Assembly (NCBI RefSeq): GCF_015706575.1
Contig: NW_024037060.1
Coordinates: forward strand, 945,983-1,009,982
Origin: Patiria miniata
Taxonomy: Eukaryota
Direction of reading: 5' to 3'
Length of the DNA stretch: 64,000 bases
This document shows, piece by piece, positions 10,331-25,300 of the stretch. The position numbers and the translations under genes are program-made. Position 1 is the first letter of the stretch, and the number at the start of each line of letters is the position of its first letter. Under the pieces are notes generated by a model. The model saw nothing but the letters and a program-made list of their open reading frames with translations, was not told the origin of the DNA and searched no databases.

Positions 10331-13300
10331 CAATCAAATTTGTAGCTGTCACAGTTGTGATTGCTGGATTGAGAGGCGTAGTGACTTCTGAGGTGGTTTC
10401 CAACTTCTCCGTGGTGGCTGCCAATGTTGATGTTGCAAATGATGATGGGTTGCCAGGAGTCGTAGTCTGGACAGTAGAGGTTGCCATTGTAGATATCAAG
10501 CGTAGAGATGTTGCTTCAGAAATAGTACCAGCTTGTTGAGTGCTAGTTAAGTGAGACGGAATTAGACTAGTGGTCGCCTCTTCTGTTGACGTTACTTTGC
10601 TTGTTGCAGGACTGACTGAAGTGGCAAACTGCATAGTGCTTCCTACTGTAGATAACACGTCTGGTGTTGTTTGATCGATTGTAGTTGCCAATTGATCAGT
10701 GCTTGTTATGACAGTGGAGGCAAGTTCTTCCGATGAAGACTCCAGAGTTGTACCAGATTTCTCCGTTGTTTCGAAAACAGTTGTTACAACGGCTTGAGAT
10801 GTAGGATACAATGTAGTGTCTTCCTTCTCTGTTGAAGGTGGAATATTTGTCGTTTGTGCCTCTGTTGTCGGCTCAAGGGTTGATGGAATGATACTTGTAG
10901 CATCTTGATTCGTGGTAGCCACCTCTGTTGACGCTTCTTTGGATGTTGCCTGATTGGTCATACTACCAACCTCCGTAGTGGGCTCTATCGTGGATAACAA
11001 GTCTTGTGTTGTTTTATCGATTGTAGTTGCTGCTTGATCAGTGCTTGTTATGACAGTGGAGGTGAGATCCTCTGTTGAGGATTCCAGAGTTGTAACATCC
11101 GTTGTCTCGAAAACAGTTGTTACAACTGTTTGGGATGTAGGATACAATGTAGTGTCTTCCTTCTCTGTTGAAGGTGGAATATTTGTCGTTTGTGCCTCTG
11201 TTGTCGGCTCAAGGGTTGATGGAATGATACGTGTAGCATCCTGATTCGTGGTAGCCACCTCTGTTGACGCCTCTTTGGATGTTGCCTGATTGGTCGTAGT
11301 ACCAACCTCCGTAGTGCCTTCTATCGTGGATAACAAGTCTGGTGTTGTTTGATCGATACTAGTTGCTGCTTGTTCAGTGCTTGTTATGACAGTGGAGGCG
11401 AGATCCTCTGTTGAAGATTCCAGAGTTGTACCATATTGCTCCGTTGTCTTGAAAACAGTTGTTGCATCTGCTTGAGATATAGGATACAATGTAGTGTCTT
11501 CCTCCTCTGTTGTAGCTGCAATATTGGTCGTTTGTGCATCTGTTGTCGGTTCAAGGGTTGATGGAATGAGACTTGTAGCATCCTGATTCGTGGTAGCCAC
11601 CTCTGTCGACGCTTCTTTGGATGTTACCGGATTGGCCGTAGTACCAACCTCCGTAGTGCCTCCTGCTGTGGATAACAAGTCTTGTGTTGTTTGATCGATT
11701 CTAGTTGCTGCTTGTTCAGTGCTTGTTATGACAGTGGAGGCGAGATCCTCTGTTGAAGATTCCAGAGTTGTAACATCCGTTGTCTCGAAAACTGTTGTTG
11801 CATCTGCTTGAGATGTAGGATACAATGTAGTGCCTTCCTTCTCTGTTGTAAGTGGAATATTTGTCGTTTGTGCCTCTGTTGTCGGTTCAAGGGTTGATGG
11901 AATGATACTTGTAGCATCCTGATTCGTGGTAGCCACCTCTGTTGACGCTTCTTTGGATGTTGCCTGATTGGTCGTACTACCAACCTCCGTAGTGGGCTCT
12001 ATCGTGGATAATAAGTCTGGTGTTGTTTTATCGATTATAGTTGCTGCTTGTTCAGTGCTTGTTATGACAGTGGAGGCGAGATCCTCTGTTGAAGATTCCA
12101 GAGTTGTAACATCCGTTGTCTCGAAAACAGTTGTTACCGCTGCTTGAGATATAGGATACAATGTAGTGTCTTCCTCCTCTGTTGTAAGTGGAATATTTGT
12201 CGTTTGTGCCTCTGTTGTCGGTTCAAGGGTTGATGGAATGATACTTGTAGCATCCTGATTCGTGGTAGCCACCTCTGTTGACGCTTCTTTGGATGTTGCC
12301 TGATTGGTCGTACTACCAACCTCCGTAGTGGGCTCTATCGTGGATAACAAGTCTTGTGTTGTTTGATCGATAGCAGTTGCTTCTTGTTCAGTGTTTGTTA
12401 TGACAGTGGAGGCGAGATCCTCTGTTGAAGATTCCAGAGTCGTACCATATTGCTCCGTTGTCTCGAAAACAGTTGTTGCATCTGCTTGAGATATAGGATA
12501 CAATGTAGTGTCTTCCTCCTCTGTTGTAAGTGGAATATTTGTCGTTTGTGCCTCTGTTGTCGGTTCAAGGGTTGATGGAATGAGACTTGTAGCATCCTGA
12601 TTCGTGGTAGCCACCTCTGTCGACGCTTCTTTGGATGTTACCGGATTGGCCGAAGTACCAACCTCCGTAGTGCCTCCTGCTGTGGATAACAAGTCTTGTG
12701 TTGTTTGATCGATACTAGTTGCTGCTTGTTCAGTGCTTGTTATGACAGTGGAGGCGAGATCCTCTGTTGTAGATTCTAGAGTTGTAACATCCGTTGTCTC
12801 GAAAACAGTTGTTACAGCTGCTTGAGATGTAGGATACAATGTAGTGCCTTCCTTCTCTGTTGTAAGTGGAATATTTGTCGTTTGTGCCTCTGTTGTCGGT
12901 TCAAGGGTTGATGGAATGAGACTTGTATCATCCTGATTCGTGGTAGCCACCTCTGTTGACGTTTCTTTGGATGTTGCCTGATTGATCGTACTACCAACCT
13001 CCGTAGTGGGCTCTATCGTGGATAACATTTCAGGTGTTGTTTTATCGATTGTAGTTGCTGCTTGTTCAGTGCTTGTTATGACAGTGGAGGCGAGATCCTC
13101 TGTTGAAGATTCCAGAGTTGTACCAGATTTCTCCGTTGTCTCGAAAACTGTTGTTGCATCTGCTTGAGATGTAGGATACAATGTAGTGTCTTCCTCCTCT
13201 GTTGTAGCTGCAATATTGGTCGTTTGTGCCTCAGTTGTCGGTTCAAGGGTTGATGGTATGAGACTTGTAGCATCCTGATTCGTGGTAGCCACCTCTGTCG

Positions 13301-16300
13301 ACGCTTCTTTGGATGTTACCTGATTGGCCGTAGTACCAACCTCCGTAGTGCCTCGTGCTGTGGATAACAAGTTTAGTGTTGTTTGCTCGATACTAGTTGC
13401 TGCTTGTTCAGTGCTTGTTATGACAGTGGAGGTGAGATCCTCTGTTGAAGATTCCAGAGTTGTAACATCCGTTGTCTCGAAAATAGTTGTTACAACTGCT
13501 TGAGATGTAGGATACAATGTAGATCCTTCCTTCTCTGTTGTAAGTGGAATATTTGTCGTTTGTGCCTCTGTTGTCGGTTCAAGGGTTGATGGAATGATAC
13601 TTGTAGCATCCTGATTCGTGGTAGCCACCTCTGTTGACGCTTCTTTTGAAGTTACCGGATTGGCCGTAGTACCAACCTCCGTAGTGCCTCCTGCTGTGGA
13701 TAACAAGTCCTGTGTTGTTTGATCGATAGTAGTTGCTTCTTGTTCAGTGCTTGTTATGACAGTGGATACGAGATCCTCTGTTGAAGATTCCAGAGTTGTA
13801 CCAGATTTCTCCGTTGTCTCGAAAACTGTTGTTGCATCTGCTTGAGATGTAGGATACAATGTAGTGTCTTCCTCCTCTGTTGTAGCTGCAATATAGGTCG
13901 TTTGTGCCTCAGTTGTCGGTTCAAGGGTTGATGGAATGAGACTTGTAGCATCCTCATTCGTGGTGGCCACCTCTGTCGACGCTTCTTTGGATGTTACCGG
14001 ATTGGCCGTACTACCAACCTCCGTAGTGCCTTCTATCGTGGATAACAAGTCTGGTGTTGTTTGATCGATACTAGTAGCTGCTTGTTCAGTGCTTGTTATG
14101 ACAGTGGAGGCGAGATCCTCTGTTGATGATTCCAGAGTTGTAACATCCGTTGTCTGGAAAACAGTTGTAACAGCTGCTTGGGATGTAGGATACAATGTAG
14201 TGCCTTCCTTGTCTGTTGTAAGTGGAATATTTGTCGTTTGTGCCTCTGTTGTCGGTTCAAGGGTTGATGGAATGATACTTGTAGCATCCTGATTCGTGGT
14301 AGCCACCTCTGTTGATGCTTCTTTGGAAGTTACCGGATTGGCCGTAGTACCAACCTCCGTAGTGCCTCCTGCTGTGGATAACAAGTATTGTGTTGTTTGA
14401 TCGATTGTAGTTGCTTCTTGTTCAGTGCTTGTTATGACAGTGGAGGCGAGATCCTCTGTTGAAGATTCCAGAGTTGTACCAGATTTCTCCGTTGTCTCGA
14501 AAACTGTTGTTGCATCTGCTTGAGATGTAGGATACAATGTAGTGTCTTCCTCCTCTGTTGTAGCTGCAATATTGGTCGTTTGTGCCTCAGTTGTCGGTTC
14601 AAGGGTTGATGGTATGAGACTTGTAGCATCCTGATTCGTGGTAGCCACCTCTGTCGACGCTTCTTTGGATGTTACCTGATTGGCCGTACTACCAACCTCC
14701 GTAGTGCCTCGTGCTGTGGATAACGAGTCTAGTGTTGTTTGCTCGATACTAGTTGCTGCTTGTTCAGTGCTTGTTATGACAGTGGAGGCAAGATCCTCTG
14801 TTGAAGATTCCAGAGTTGTAACATCCGTTGTCTCGAAAACAGTTGTTACAGCTGCTTGAGATGTAGGATACAATGTAGATCCTTCCTTCTCTGTTGTAAG
14901 TGGAATATTTGTCGTTTGTGCCTCTGTTGTCGGTTCAAGGGTTGATGGAATGATACTTGTAGCATCCTGATTCGTGGTAGCCACCTCTGTTGACGCTTCT
15001 TTGGAAGTTACCGGATTGGCCGTAGTACCAACCTCCGTAGTGCCTCCTGCTGTGGATAACAAGTCCTGTGTTGTTTGATCGATAGTAGTTGCTTCTTGTT
15101 CAGTGCTTGTTATGACAGTGGAGGCGAGATCCTCTGTTGAAGATTCCAGAGTTGTACCAGATTTCTCCGTTGTCTCGAAAACTGTTGTTGCATCTGCTTG
15201 AGATGTAGGATACAATGTAGTGTCTTCCTCCTCTGTTGTAGCTGCAATATAGGTCGTTTGTGCCTCAGTTGTCGGTTCAAGGGTTGATGGAATGAGACTT
15301 GTAGCATCCTCATTCGTGGTGGCCACCTCTGTCGACGCTTCTTTGGATGTTACCGGATTGGCCGTAGTACCAACCTCCGTAGTGCCTTCTATCGTGGATA
15401 ACAAGTCTGGTGTTGTTTGATCGATACTAGTTGCTGCTTGTTCAGTGCTTGTTATGACAGTGGAGGCAAGATCCTCTGTTGAAGATTCCAGAGTTGTAAC
15501 ATCCGTTGTCTGGAAAACAGTTGTAACAGCTGCTTGAGATGTAGGATACAATGTAGTGCCTTCCTTGTCTGTTGTAAGTGGAATATTTGTCGTTTGTGCC
15601 TCTGTTGTCGGTTCAAGGGTTGATGGAATGATACTTGTAGCATCCTGATTCGTGGTAGCCACCTCTGTTGACGCTTCTTTGGATGTTGCCTCATTGGTCG
15701 TACTACCAACCTCCGTAGTTGGCTCTATCGTGGATAATAAGTCTGGTGTTGTTTTATCGATTGTAGTTGCTGCTTGTTCAGTGCTTGTTATGACAGTGGA
15801 GGCGAGATCCTCTGTTGAAGATTCCAGAGTTGTAACATCCGTTGTCTCGAAAACAGTTGTTACCGCTGCTTGAGATGTAGGATACAATGTAGTGCCTTCC
15901 TTTTCTGTTGTAAGTGGAATATTTGTCGTTTGTGCCTCTGTTGTCGGTTCAAGGGTTGATGGAATGATACTTGTAGCATCCTGATTCGTGGTAGCCACCT
16001 CTGTTGATGCTTCTTTGGAAGTTACCGGATTGGCCGTAGTACCAACCTCCGTAGTGCCTCCTGCTGTGGATAACAAGTATTGTGTTGTTTGATCGATTGT
16101 AGTTGCTTCTTGTTCAGTGCTTGTTATGACAGTGGAGGCGAGATCCTCTGTTGAAGATTCCAGAGTTGTACCAGATTTCTCCGTTGTCTCGAAAACTGTT
16201 GTTGCATCTGCTTGAGATGTAGGATACAATGTAGTGTCTTCCTCCTCTGTTGTAGCTGCAATATTGGTCGTTTGTGCCTCAGTTGAAGGTTCAAGGGTTG

Positions 16301-19300
16301 ATGGTATGAGACTTGTAGCATCCTGATTCGTGGTAGCCACCTCTGTCGACGCTTCTTTGGATGTTACCTGATTGGCCGTAGTACCAACCTCCGTAGTGCC
16401 TTGTGCTGTGGATAACAAGTCTAGTGTTGTTTGCTCGATACTAGTTGCTGCTTGTTCAGTGCTTGTTATGACAGTGGAGGCAAGATCCTCTGTTGAAGAT
16501 TCCAGAGTTGTAACATCCGTTGTCTCGAAAACAGTTGTTACCGCTGCTTGAGATGTAGGATACAATGTAGATCCTTCCTTCTCTGTTGTAAGTGGAATAT
16601 TTGTCGTTTGTGCCTCTGTTGTCGGTTCAAGGGTTGATGGAATGATACTTGTAGCATCCTGATTCGTGGTAGCCACCTCTGTTGACGCTTCTTTGGATGT
16701 TACCGGATTGGCCGTAGTACCAACCTCCGTAGTGCCTTCTATCGTGGATAACAAGTCTTGTGTTGTTTGATCGATTGTAGTTGCTTCTTGTTCAGTGCTT
16801 GTTATTACAGTGGAGGCGAGATCCTCTGTTGAAGATTCCAGAGTTGTACCAGATTTCTCCGTTGTCTCGAAAACTGTTGTTCCATCTGCTTGAGATGTAG
16901 GATACAATGTAGTGTCTTCCTCCTCTGTTGTAGCTGCAATATTGGTCGTTTGTGCCTCAGTTGTCGGTTCAACGGTTGATGGAATGATACTTGTAGCATC
17001 CTGATTCGTGGTAGCCTCCTCTGTCGACGCTTCTTTGGATGTTACCGGATTGGCCGTAGTACCAACCTCCGTAGTGCCTTCTATCGTGGATAACAAGTCT
17101 TGTGTTGTTTGATCGATAGTAGTTGCTTCTTGTTCAGTGCTTGTTATGACAGTGGAGGCGAGATCCTCTGTTGAAGATTCCAGAGTTGTACCAGATTTCT
17201 CCGTTGTCTCGAAAACTGTTGTTGCATCTTCTTGAGATGTAGGATACAATGTAGTGTCTTCCTCCTCTGTTGTAGCTGCAATATAGGTCGTTTGTGTCTC
17301 AGTTGTCGGTTCAAGGGTTGATGGAATGAGACTTGTAGCATCCTCATTCGTGGTGGCCACCTCTGTCGACGCTTCTTCGGATGTTACCGGATTGGCCGTA
17401 GTACCAACCTCCGTAGTGCCTTTTATCGTGGATAACAAGTCTGGTGTTGTTTGATCGATACTAGTTGCTGCTTGTTCAGTGCTTGTTATGACAGTGGAGG
17501 CAAGATCCTCTGTTGAAGATTCCAGAGTTGTAACATCCGTTGTCTCGAAAACAGTTGTTACAGCTGCTTGAGATGTAGGATACAATGTAGATCCTTCCTT
17601 CTCTGTTGTAAGTGGAACATTTGTCGTTTGTGCCTCTGTTGTCGGTTCAAGGGTTGATGGAATGATACTTGTAGCATCCTGATTCGTGGTAGCCACCTCT
17701 GTTGACGCTTCTTTGGAAGTTACCGGATTGGCCGTAGTACCAACCTCCGTAGTGCCTCCTGCTGTGGATAACAAGTCCTGTGTTGTTTGATCGATAGTAG
17801 TTGCTTCTTGTTCAGTGCTTGTTATGACAGTGGAGGCGAGATCCTCTGTTGAAGATTCCAGAGTTGTACCAGATTTCTCCGTTGTCTCGAAAACTGTTGT
17901 TGCATCTGCTTGAGATGTAGGATACAATGTAGTGTCTTCCTCCTCTGTTGTAGCTGCAATATAGGTCGTTTGTGCCTCAGTTGTCGGTTCAAGGGTTGAT
18001 GGAATGAGACTTGTAGCATCCTCATTCGTGGTGGCCACCTCTGTCGACGCTTCTTTGGATGTTACCGGATTGGCCGTAGTACCAACCTCCGTAGTGCCTT
18101 CTATCGTGGATAACAAGTCTGGTGTTGTTTGATCGATACTAGTTGCTGCTTGTTCAGTGCTTGTTATGACAGTGGAGGCGAGATCCTCTGTTGAAGATTC
18201 CAGAGTTGTAACATCCGTTGTCTGGAAAACAGTTGTAACAGCTGCTTGAGATGTAGGATACAATGTAGTGCCTTCCTCCTCTGTTGTAGCTGCAATATTG
18301 GTCGTTTGTGCCTCAGTTGTCGGTTCAAGGGTTGATGGTATGAGACTTGTAGCATCCTGATTCGTGGTAGCCACCTCTGTCGACGCTTCTTTGGATGTTA
18401 CCTGATTGGCCGTAGTACCAACCTCCGTAGTGCCTTGTGCTGTGGATAACAAGTCTAGTGTTGTTTGCTCGATACTAGTTGCTGCTTGTTCAGTGCTTGT
18501 TATGACAGTGGAGGCAAGATCCTCTGTTGAAGATTCCAGAGTTGTAACATCCGTTGTCTCGAAAACAGTTGTTACAGCTGCTTGAGATGTAGGATACAAT
18601 GTAGATCCTTCCTTCTCTGTTGTAAGTGGAATATTTGTCGTTTGTGCCTCTGTTGTCGGTTCAACGGTTGATGGAATGATACTTGTAGCATCCTGATTCG
18701 TGGTAGCCACCTCTGTTGACGCTTCTTTGGATGTTACCGGATTGGCCGTAGTACCAACCTCCGTAGTGCCTTCTATCGTGGATAACAAGTCTTGTGTTGT
18801 TTGATCGATTGTAGTTGCTTCTTGTTCAGTGCTTGTTATTACAGTGGAGGCGAGATCCTCTGTTGAAGATTCCAGAGTTGTACCAGATTTCTCCGTTGTC
18901 TCGAAAACTGTTGTTCCATCTGCTTGAGATGTAGGATACAATGTAGTGTCTTCCTCCTCTGTTGTAGCTGCAATATTGGTCGTTTGTGCCTCAGTTGTCG
19001 GTTCAACGGTTGATGGAATGATACTTGTAGCATCCTGATTCGTGGTAGCCTCCTCTGTCGACGCTTCTTTGGATGTTACCGGATTGGCCGTAGTACCAAC
19101 CTCCGTAGTGCCTTCTATCGTGGATAACAAGTCTTGTGTTGTTTGATCGATAGTAGTTGCTTCTTGTTCAGTGCTTGTTATGACAGTGGAGGCGAGATCC
19201 TCTGTTGAAGATTCCAGAGTTGTACCAGATTTCTCCGTTGTCTCGAAAACTGTTGTTGCATCTTCTTGAGATGTAGGATACAATGTAGTGTCTTCCTCCT

Positions 19301-22300
19301 CTGTTGTAGCTGCAATATAGGTCGTTTGTGTCTCAGTTGTCGGTTCAAGGGTTGATGGAATGAGACTTGTAGCATCCTCATTCGTGGTGGCCACCTCTGT
19401 CGACGCTTCTTTGGATGTTACCGGATTGGCCGTAGTACCAACCTCCGTAGTGCCTTCTATCGTGGATAACAAGTCTGGTGTTGTTTGATCGATACTAGTT
19501 GCTGCTTGTTCAGTGCTTGTTATGACAGTGGAGGCAAGATCCTCTGTTGAAGATTCCAGAGTTGTAACATCCGTTGTCTCGAAAACAGTTGTTACAGCTG
19601 CTTGAGATGTAGGATACAATGTAGATCCTTCCTTCTCTGTTGTAAGTGGAACATTTGTCGTTTGTGCCTCTGTTGTCGGTTCAAGGGTTGATGGAATGAT
19701 ACTTGTAGCATCCTGATTCGTGGTAGCCACCTCTGTTGACGCTTCTTTGGAAGTTACCGGATTGGCCGTAGTACCAACCTCCGTAGTGCCTGCTGCTGTG
19801 GATAACAAGTCCTGTGTTGTTTGATCGATAGTAGTTGCTTCTTGTTCAGTGCTTGTTATGACAGTGGAGGCGAGATCCTCTGTTGAAGATTCCAGAGTTG
19901 TACCAGATTTCTCCGTTGTCTCGAAAACTGTTGTTGCATCTGCTTGAGATGTAGGATACAATGTAGTGTCTTCCTCCTCTGTTGTAGCTGCAATATAGGT
20001 CGTTTGTGCCTCAGTTGTCGGTTCAAGGGTTGATGGAATGAGACTTGTAGCATCCTCATTCGTGGTGGCCAGCTCTGTCGACGCTTCTTTGGATGTTACC
20101 GGATTGGCCGTAGTACCAACCTCCGTAGTGCCTTCTATCGTGGATAACAAGTCTGGTGTTGTTTGATCGATACTAGTTGCTGCTTGTTCAGTGCTTGTTA
20201 TGACAGTGGAGGCGAGATCCTCTGTTGAAGATTCCAGAGTTGTAACATCCGTTGTCTGGAAAACAGTTGTAACAGCTGCTTGAGATGTAGGATACAATGT
20301 AGTGCCTTCCTTGTCTGTTGTAAGTGGAATATTTGTCGTTTGTGCCTCTGTTGTCGGTTCAAGGGTTGATGGAATGATACTTGTAGCATCCTGATTCGTG
20401 GTAGCCACCTCTGTTGACGCTTCTTTGGATGTTGCCTGATTGGTCGTACTACCAACCTCCGTAGTGGGCTCTATCGTGGATAATAAGTCTGGTGTTGTTT
20501 TATCGATTGTAGTTGCTGCTTGTTCAGTGCTTGTTATGACAGTGGAGGTGAGATCCTCTGTTGAAGATTCCAGAGTTGTAACATCCGTTGTCTCGAAAAC
20601 AGTTGTTACCGCTGCTTGAGATGTAGGATACAATGTAGTGCCTTCCTTTTCTGTTGTAAGTGGAATATTTGTCGTTTTTGCCTCTGTTGTCGGTTCAAGG
20701 GTTGATGGAATGATACTTGTAGCATCCTGATTCGTGGTAGCCACCTCTGTTGACGCTTCTTTGGAAGTTACCAGATTGGCCGTAGTACCAACCTCCGTAG
20801 TGCCTCCTGCTGTGGATAACATGTCTTGTGTTGTTTGATCGATAGTAGTTGCTTCTTGTTCAGTGCTTGTTATGACAGTGGAGGCGAGATCCTCTGTTGA
20901 AGATTCCAGAGTTGTACCAGATTTCTCCGTTCTCTCGAAAACTGTTGTTGCATCTGCTTGAGATGTAGGATACAATGTAGTGTCTTCCTCCTCTGTTGAA
21001 GCTGCAATATAGGTCGTTAGTGCCTCAGTTGTCGGTTCAAGGGTTGATGGAATGAGACTTGTAGCATCCTCATTCGTGGTGGCCACCTCTGTTGACGCTT
21101 CTTTGGATGTTGCCTGATTGGTCGTACTACCAACCTCCGTAGTGGGCTCTATCGTGGATAACAAGTCTTGTGTTGATTTATCGATTGTAGTTGCTGCTTG
21201 TTCAGTGCTTGTTATGACAGTGGAGGTGAGATCCTCTGTTGAGGATTCCAGAGTTGTAACATCCGTTGTCTCGAAAACAGTTGTTACAGCTGCTTGAGGT
21301 GTAGGATACAATGTAGTGCCTTCCTTCTCTGTTGTAAGTGGAATATTGGTCGTTTGTGCCTCAGTTGTCGGTTCAAGGGTTGATGGAATGATACTTGTAG
21401 CATCCTGATTCGTGGTACCCACCTCTGTCGACGCTTCTTTGGATGTTACCGGATTGGCCGTAGTACCAACCTCCGTAGTGCCTCCTGCTGTGGATAACAA
21501 GTCTTGTGTTGTTTGATCGATACTAGTTGCTGCTTGTTCAGTGCTTGTTATGACAGTGGAGGCGAGATCCTCTGTTGAAGATTCCAGAGTTGTAACATCC
21601 GTTGTCTCGAAAACAGTTGTTACAGCTGCTTGAGATGTAGGATACAATGTAGTGCCTTCCTTCTCTGTTGTAAGTGGAATATTTGTCGTTTGTGCCTCTG
21701 TTGTCGGTTCAAGGGTTGATGGAATGATACTTGTAGCATCCTGATTCGTGGTAGCCACCTCTGTTGACGCTTCTTTGGATGTTGCCTGATTGGTCGTACT
21801 ACCAACCTCCGTAGTGGGCTCTATTGTGGATAACAAGTCTTGTGTTGTTTGATCGGTAGTAGTTGCTGCTTGTTCAGTGCTTGTTATGACAGTGGAGGCG
21901 AGATCCTCTGATGAAGGTTCCAGAGTTGTAACATCCGTTGTCTCGAAAACAGTTGTTACAGCTGCTTGAGATGTAGGATACATTGTAGTGCCTTCCTTCT
22001 CTGTTGTAAATGGAATATTTGTCGTTTGTGCCTCTGTTGTCGGTTCAAGGGTTGATGGAATGTGACTTGTATCATCCTGATTCGTGGTAGCCACCTCTGT
22101 TGACGTTTCTTTGGATGTTGCCTGATTGGTCGTACTACCAACCTCCGTAGTGGGCTCTATCGTGGATAACAAGTCTTGTGTTGTTTTATCGATTGCAGTT
22201 GCTGCTTGTTCAGTGCTTGTTATGACAGTGGAGGTGAGATCCTCTGTTGAGGATTCCAGAGTTGTAACATCCGTTGTCTCGAAAACAGTTGTTACAGCTG

Positions 22301-25300
22301 CTTGAGATGTAGGATACAATGTAGTGCCTTCCTTCTCTGTTGTAAGTGGAATATTTGTCGTTTGTGCCTCTGTTGTCGGTTCAAGGGTTGATGGAATGAT
22401 ACTTGTAGCATCCTGATTCGTGGTAGATACCTCTGTTGACGCTTCTTTGGAAGTTACCGGATTGGCCGTAGTACCAACCTCCGTAGTGCCTCCTGCTGTG
22501 TATAACATGTCTTGTGTTGTTTGATCGATAGTAGTTGCTTCTTGTTCAGTGCTTGTTATGACAGTGGAGGCGAGATCCTCTGTTGAAGATTCCAGAGTTG
22601 TACCAGATTTCTCCGTTGTCTCGAAAACTGTTGTTGCATCTGCTTGAGATGTAGGATACAATGTAGTGTCTTCCTCCTCTGTTGTAGCTGCAATATAGGT
22701 CGTTAGTGCCTCAGTTGTCGGTTCAAGGGTTGATGGAATGAGACTTGTAGCATCCTCATTCGTGGTGGCCACCTCTGTTGACGCTTCTTTGGATGTTGCC
22801 TGATTGGTCGTACTACCAACCTCCGTAGTGGGCTCTATCGTGGATAACAAGTCTTGTGTTGATTTATCGATTGTAGTTGCTGCTTGTTCAGTGCTTGTTA
22901 TGACAGTGGAGGTGAGATCCTCTGTTGAGGATTCCAGAGTTGTAACATCCGTTGTCTCGAAAACAGTTGTTACAGCTGCTTGAGATGTAGGATACAATGT
23001 AGTGCCTTCCTTCTCTGTTGTAAGTGGAATATTTGTCGTTTGTGCCTCTGTTGTCGGTTCAAGGGTTGATGGAATGATACTTGTAGTATCCTGATTCGTG
23101 GTAGCCACCTCTGTTGACGCTTCTTTGGATGTTGCCAGGTTGGTCGTACTACCAACCTCCGTAGTGGGCTCTATCGTGGATAATAAGTCTGGTGTTGTTT
23201 TATCGATTGTAGTTGCTGCTTGTTCAGTGCTTGTTATGACAGTGGAGGCGAGATCCTCTGTTGAAGGTTCCAGAGTTGTAACATCCGTTGTCTCGAAAAA
23301 AGTTGTTACAGCTGCTTGAGATGTAGGATACAATGTAGTGCCTTCCTTCTCTGTTGTAGCTGCAATATTTGTCGTTTGTGCCTCTGTTGTCGGTTCAAGT
23401 GTTGATGGAATGATACTTGTAGCATCCTGATTCGTGGTAGCCACCTCTGTTGACGCTTCTTTGGATGTTACTGGATTGACCGTAGTACCAACCTCCGTAG
23501 TACCTCCCACTGTGGATAACAAGTCTTGTGTTGTTTGATCCATTGTAGTTGCTCCTTTTCAGTGCTTGTTTTGAGAGTGGAGGCGAGATCCTCTGTTGAA
23601 GGTTCCAGAGTTGTACCAGATTTCTCTGTTGTCTCGAAAACAGTTGTTACAACTGCTTTTTCCGTTGTCTCGAAAACAGTTGTTACAACTGATTGAGATG
23701 TAGGATGCAATGTAGTGTCTTCCTTCTCTGTTGAAGGTGGAATATTTGTCGTTTGTGCCTCTGTTGTCGGCTCAAGGGTTGATGGAATGATACTTGTAGC
23801 ATCCTGATTCGTGGTAGCCACCTCTGTTGACGCTTCTTTGGATGTTGCCTGAATGGTCGTACTACCAACCTCCGTAGTGGGCTCTATCGTGGATAACAAG
23901 TCTTGTGTTGTTTTATCGATTGTAGTTGCTGCTTGTTCAGTGCTTGTTATGACAGTGGAGGCGAGATCCTCTGTTGAAGATTCCAGAGTTGTAACATCCG
24001 TTGTCTCGAAAACAGTTGTTACAGCTGCTTGAGATGTAGGATACAATGTAGATCCTTCCTTCTCTGTTGTAAGTGGAATATTTGTCGTTTGTGCCTCTGT
24101 TGTCGGTTCAAGGGTTGATGGAATGATACTTGTAGCATCCTGATTCGTGGTAGCCACCTCTGTTGACGCTTCTTTGGATGTTACCGGATTGGCCGTAGTA
24201 CCAACCTCCGTAGTGCCTTCTATCGTGGATAACAAGTCTTGTGTTGTTTGATCGATTGTAGTTGCTTCTTGTTCAGTGCTTGTTATGACAGTGGAGGCGA
24301 GATCCTCTGTTGAAGATTCCAGAGTTGTACCAGATTTCTCCGTTGTCTCGAAAACTGTTGTTACATCTGCTTGAGATGTAGGATACAATGTAGTGTCTTC
24401 CTCCTCTGTTGTAGCTGCAATATTTGTCGTTTGTGCCTCAGTTGTCGGTTCAAGGGTTGATGGAATGATACTTGTAGCATCCTGATTCGTGGTAGCCACC
24501 TCTGTCGACGCTTCTTTGGATGTTACCGGATTGGCCGTAGTACCAACCTCCGTAGTGCCTTCTATCGTGGATAACAAGTCTTGTGTTGTTTGATCGATAG
24601 TAGTTGCTTCTTGTTCAGTGCTTGTTATGACAGTGGAGGCGAGATCCTCTGTTGAAGATTCCAGAGTTGTACCAGATTTCTCCGTTGTCTCGAAAACTGT
24701 TGTTGCATCTTCTTGAGATGTAGGATACAATGTAGTGTCTTCCTCCTCTGTTGTAGCTGCAATATAGGTCGTTTGTGCCTCAGTTGTCGGTTCAAGGGTT
24801 GATGGAATGAGACTTGTAGCATCCTCATTCGTGGTGGCCACCTCTGTTGACGCTTCTTTGGATGTTACCGGATTGGCCGTAGTACCAACCTCCGTAGTGC
24901 CTTTTATCGTGGATAACAAGTCTGGTGTTGTTTGATCGATACTAGTTGCTGCTTGTTCAGTGCTTGTTATGACAGTGGAGGCGAGATCCTCTGTTGAAGA
25001 TTCCAGAGTTGTAACATCCGTTGTCTCGAAAACAGTTGTTACAGCTGCTTGAGATGTAGGATACAATGTAGTGCCTTCCTTCTCTGTTGTAAGTGGAATA
25101 TTTGTCGTTTGTGCCTCTGTTGTCGGTTCAAGGGTTGATGGAATGATACTTGTAGCATCCTGATTCGTGGTAGCCACCTCTGTTGACGCTTCTTTGGAAG
25201 TTACCGGATTGGCCGTAGTACCAACCTCCGTAGTGCCTCCTGCTGTGGATAACAAGTCTGTGTTGTTTGATCGATTGTAGTTGCTTCTTGTTCAGTGCTT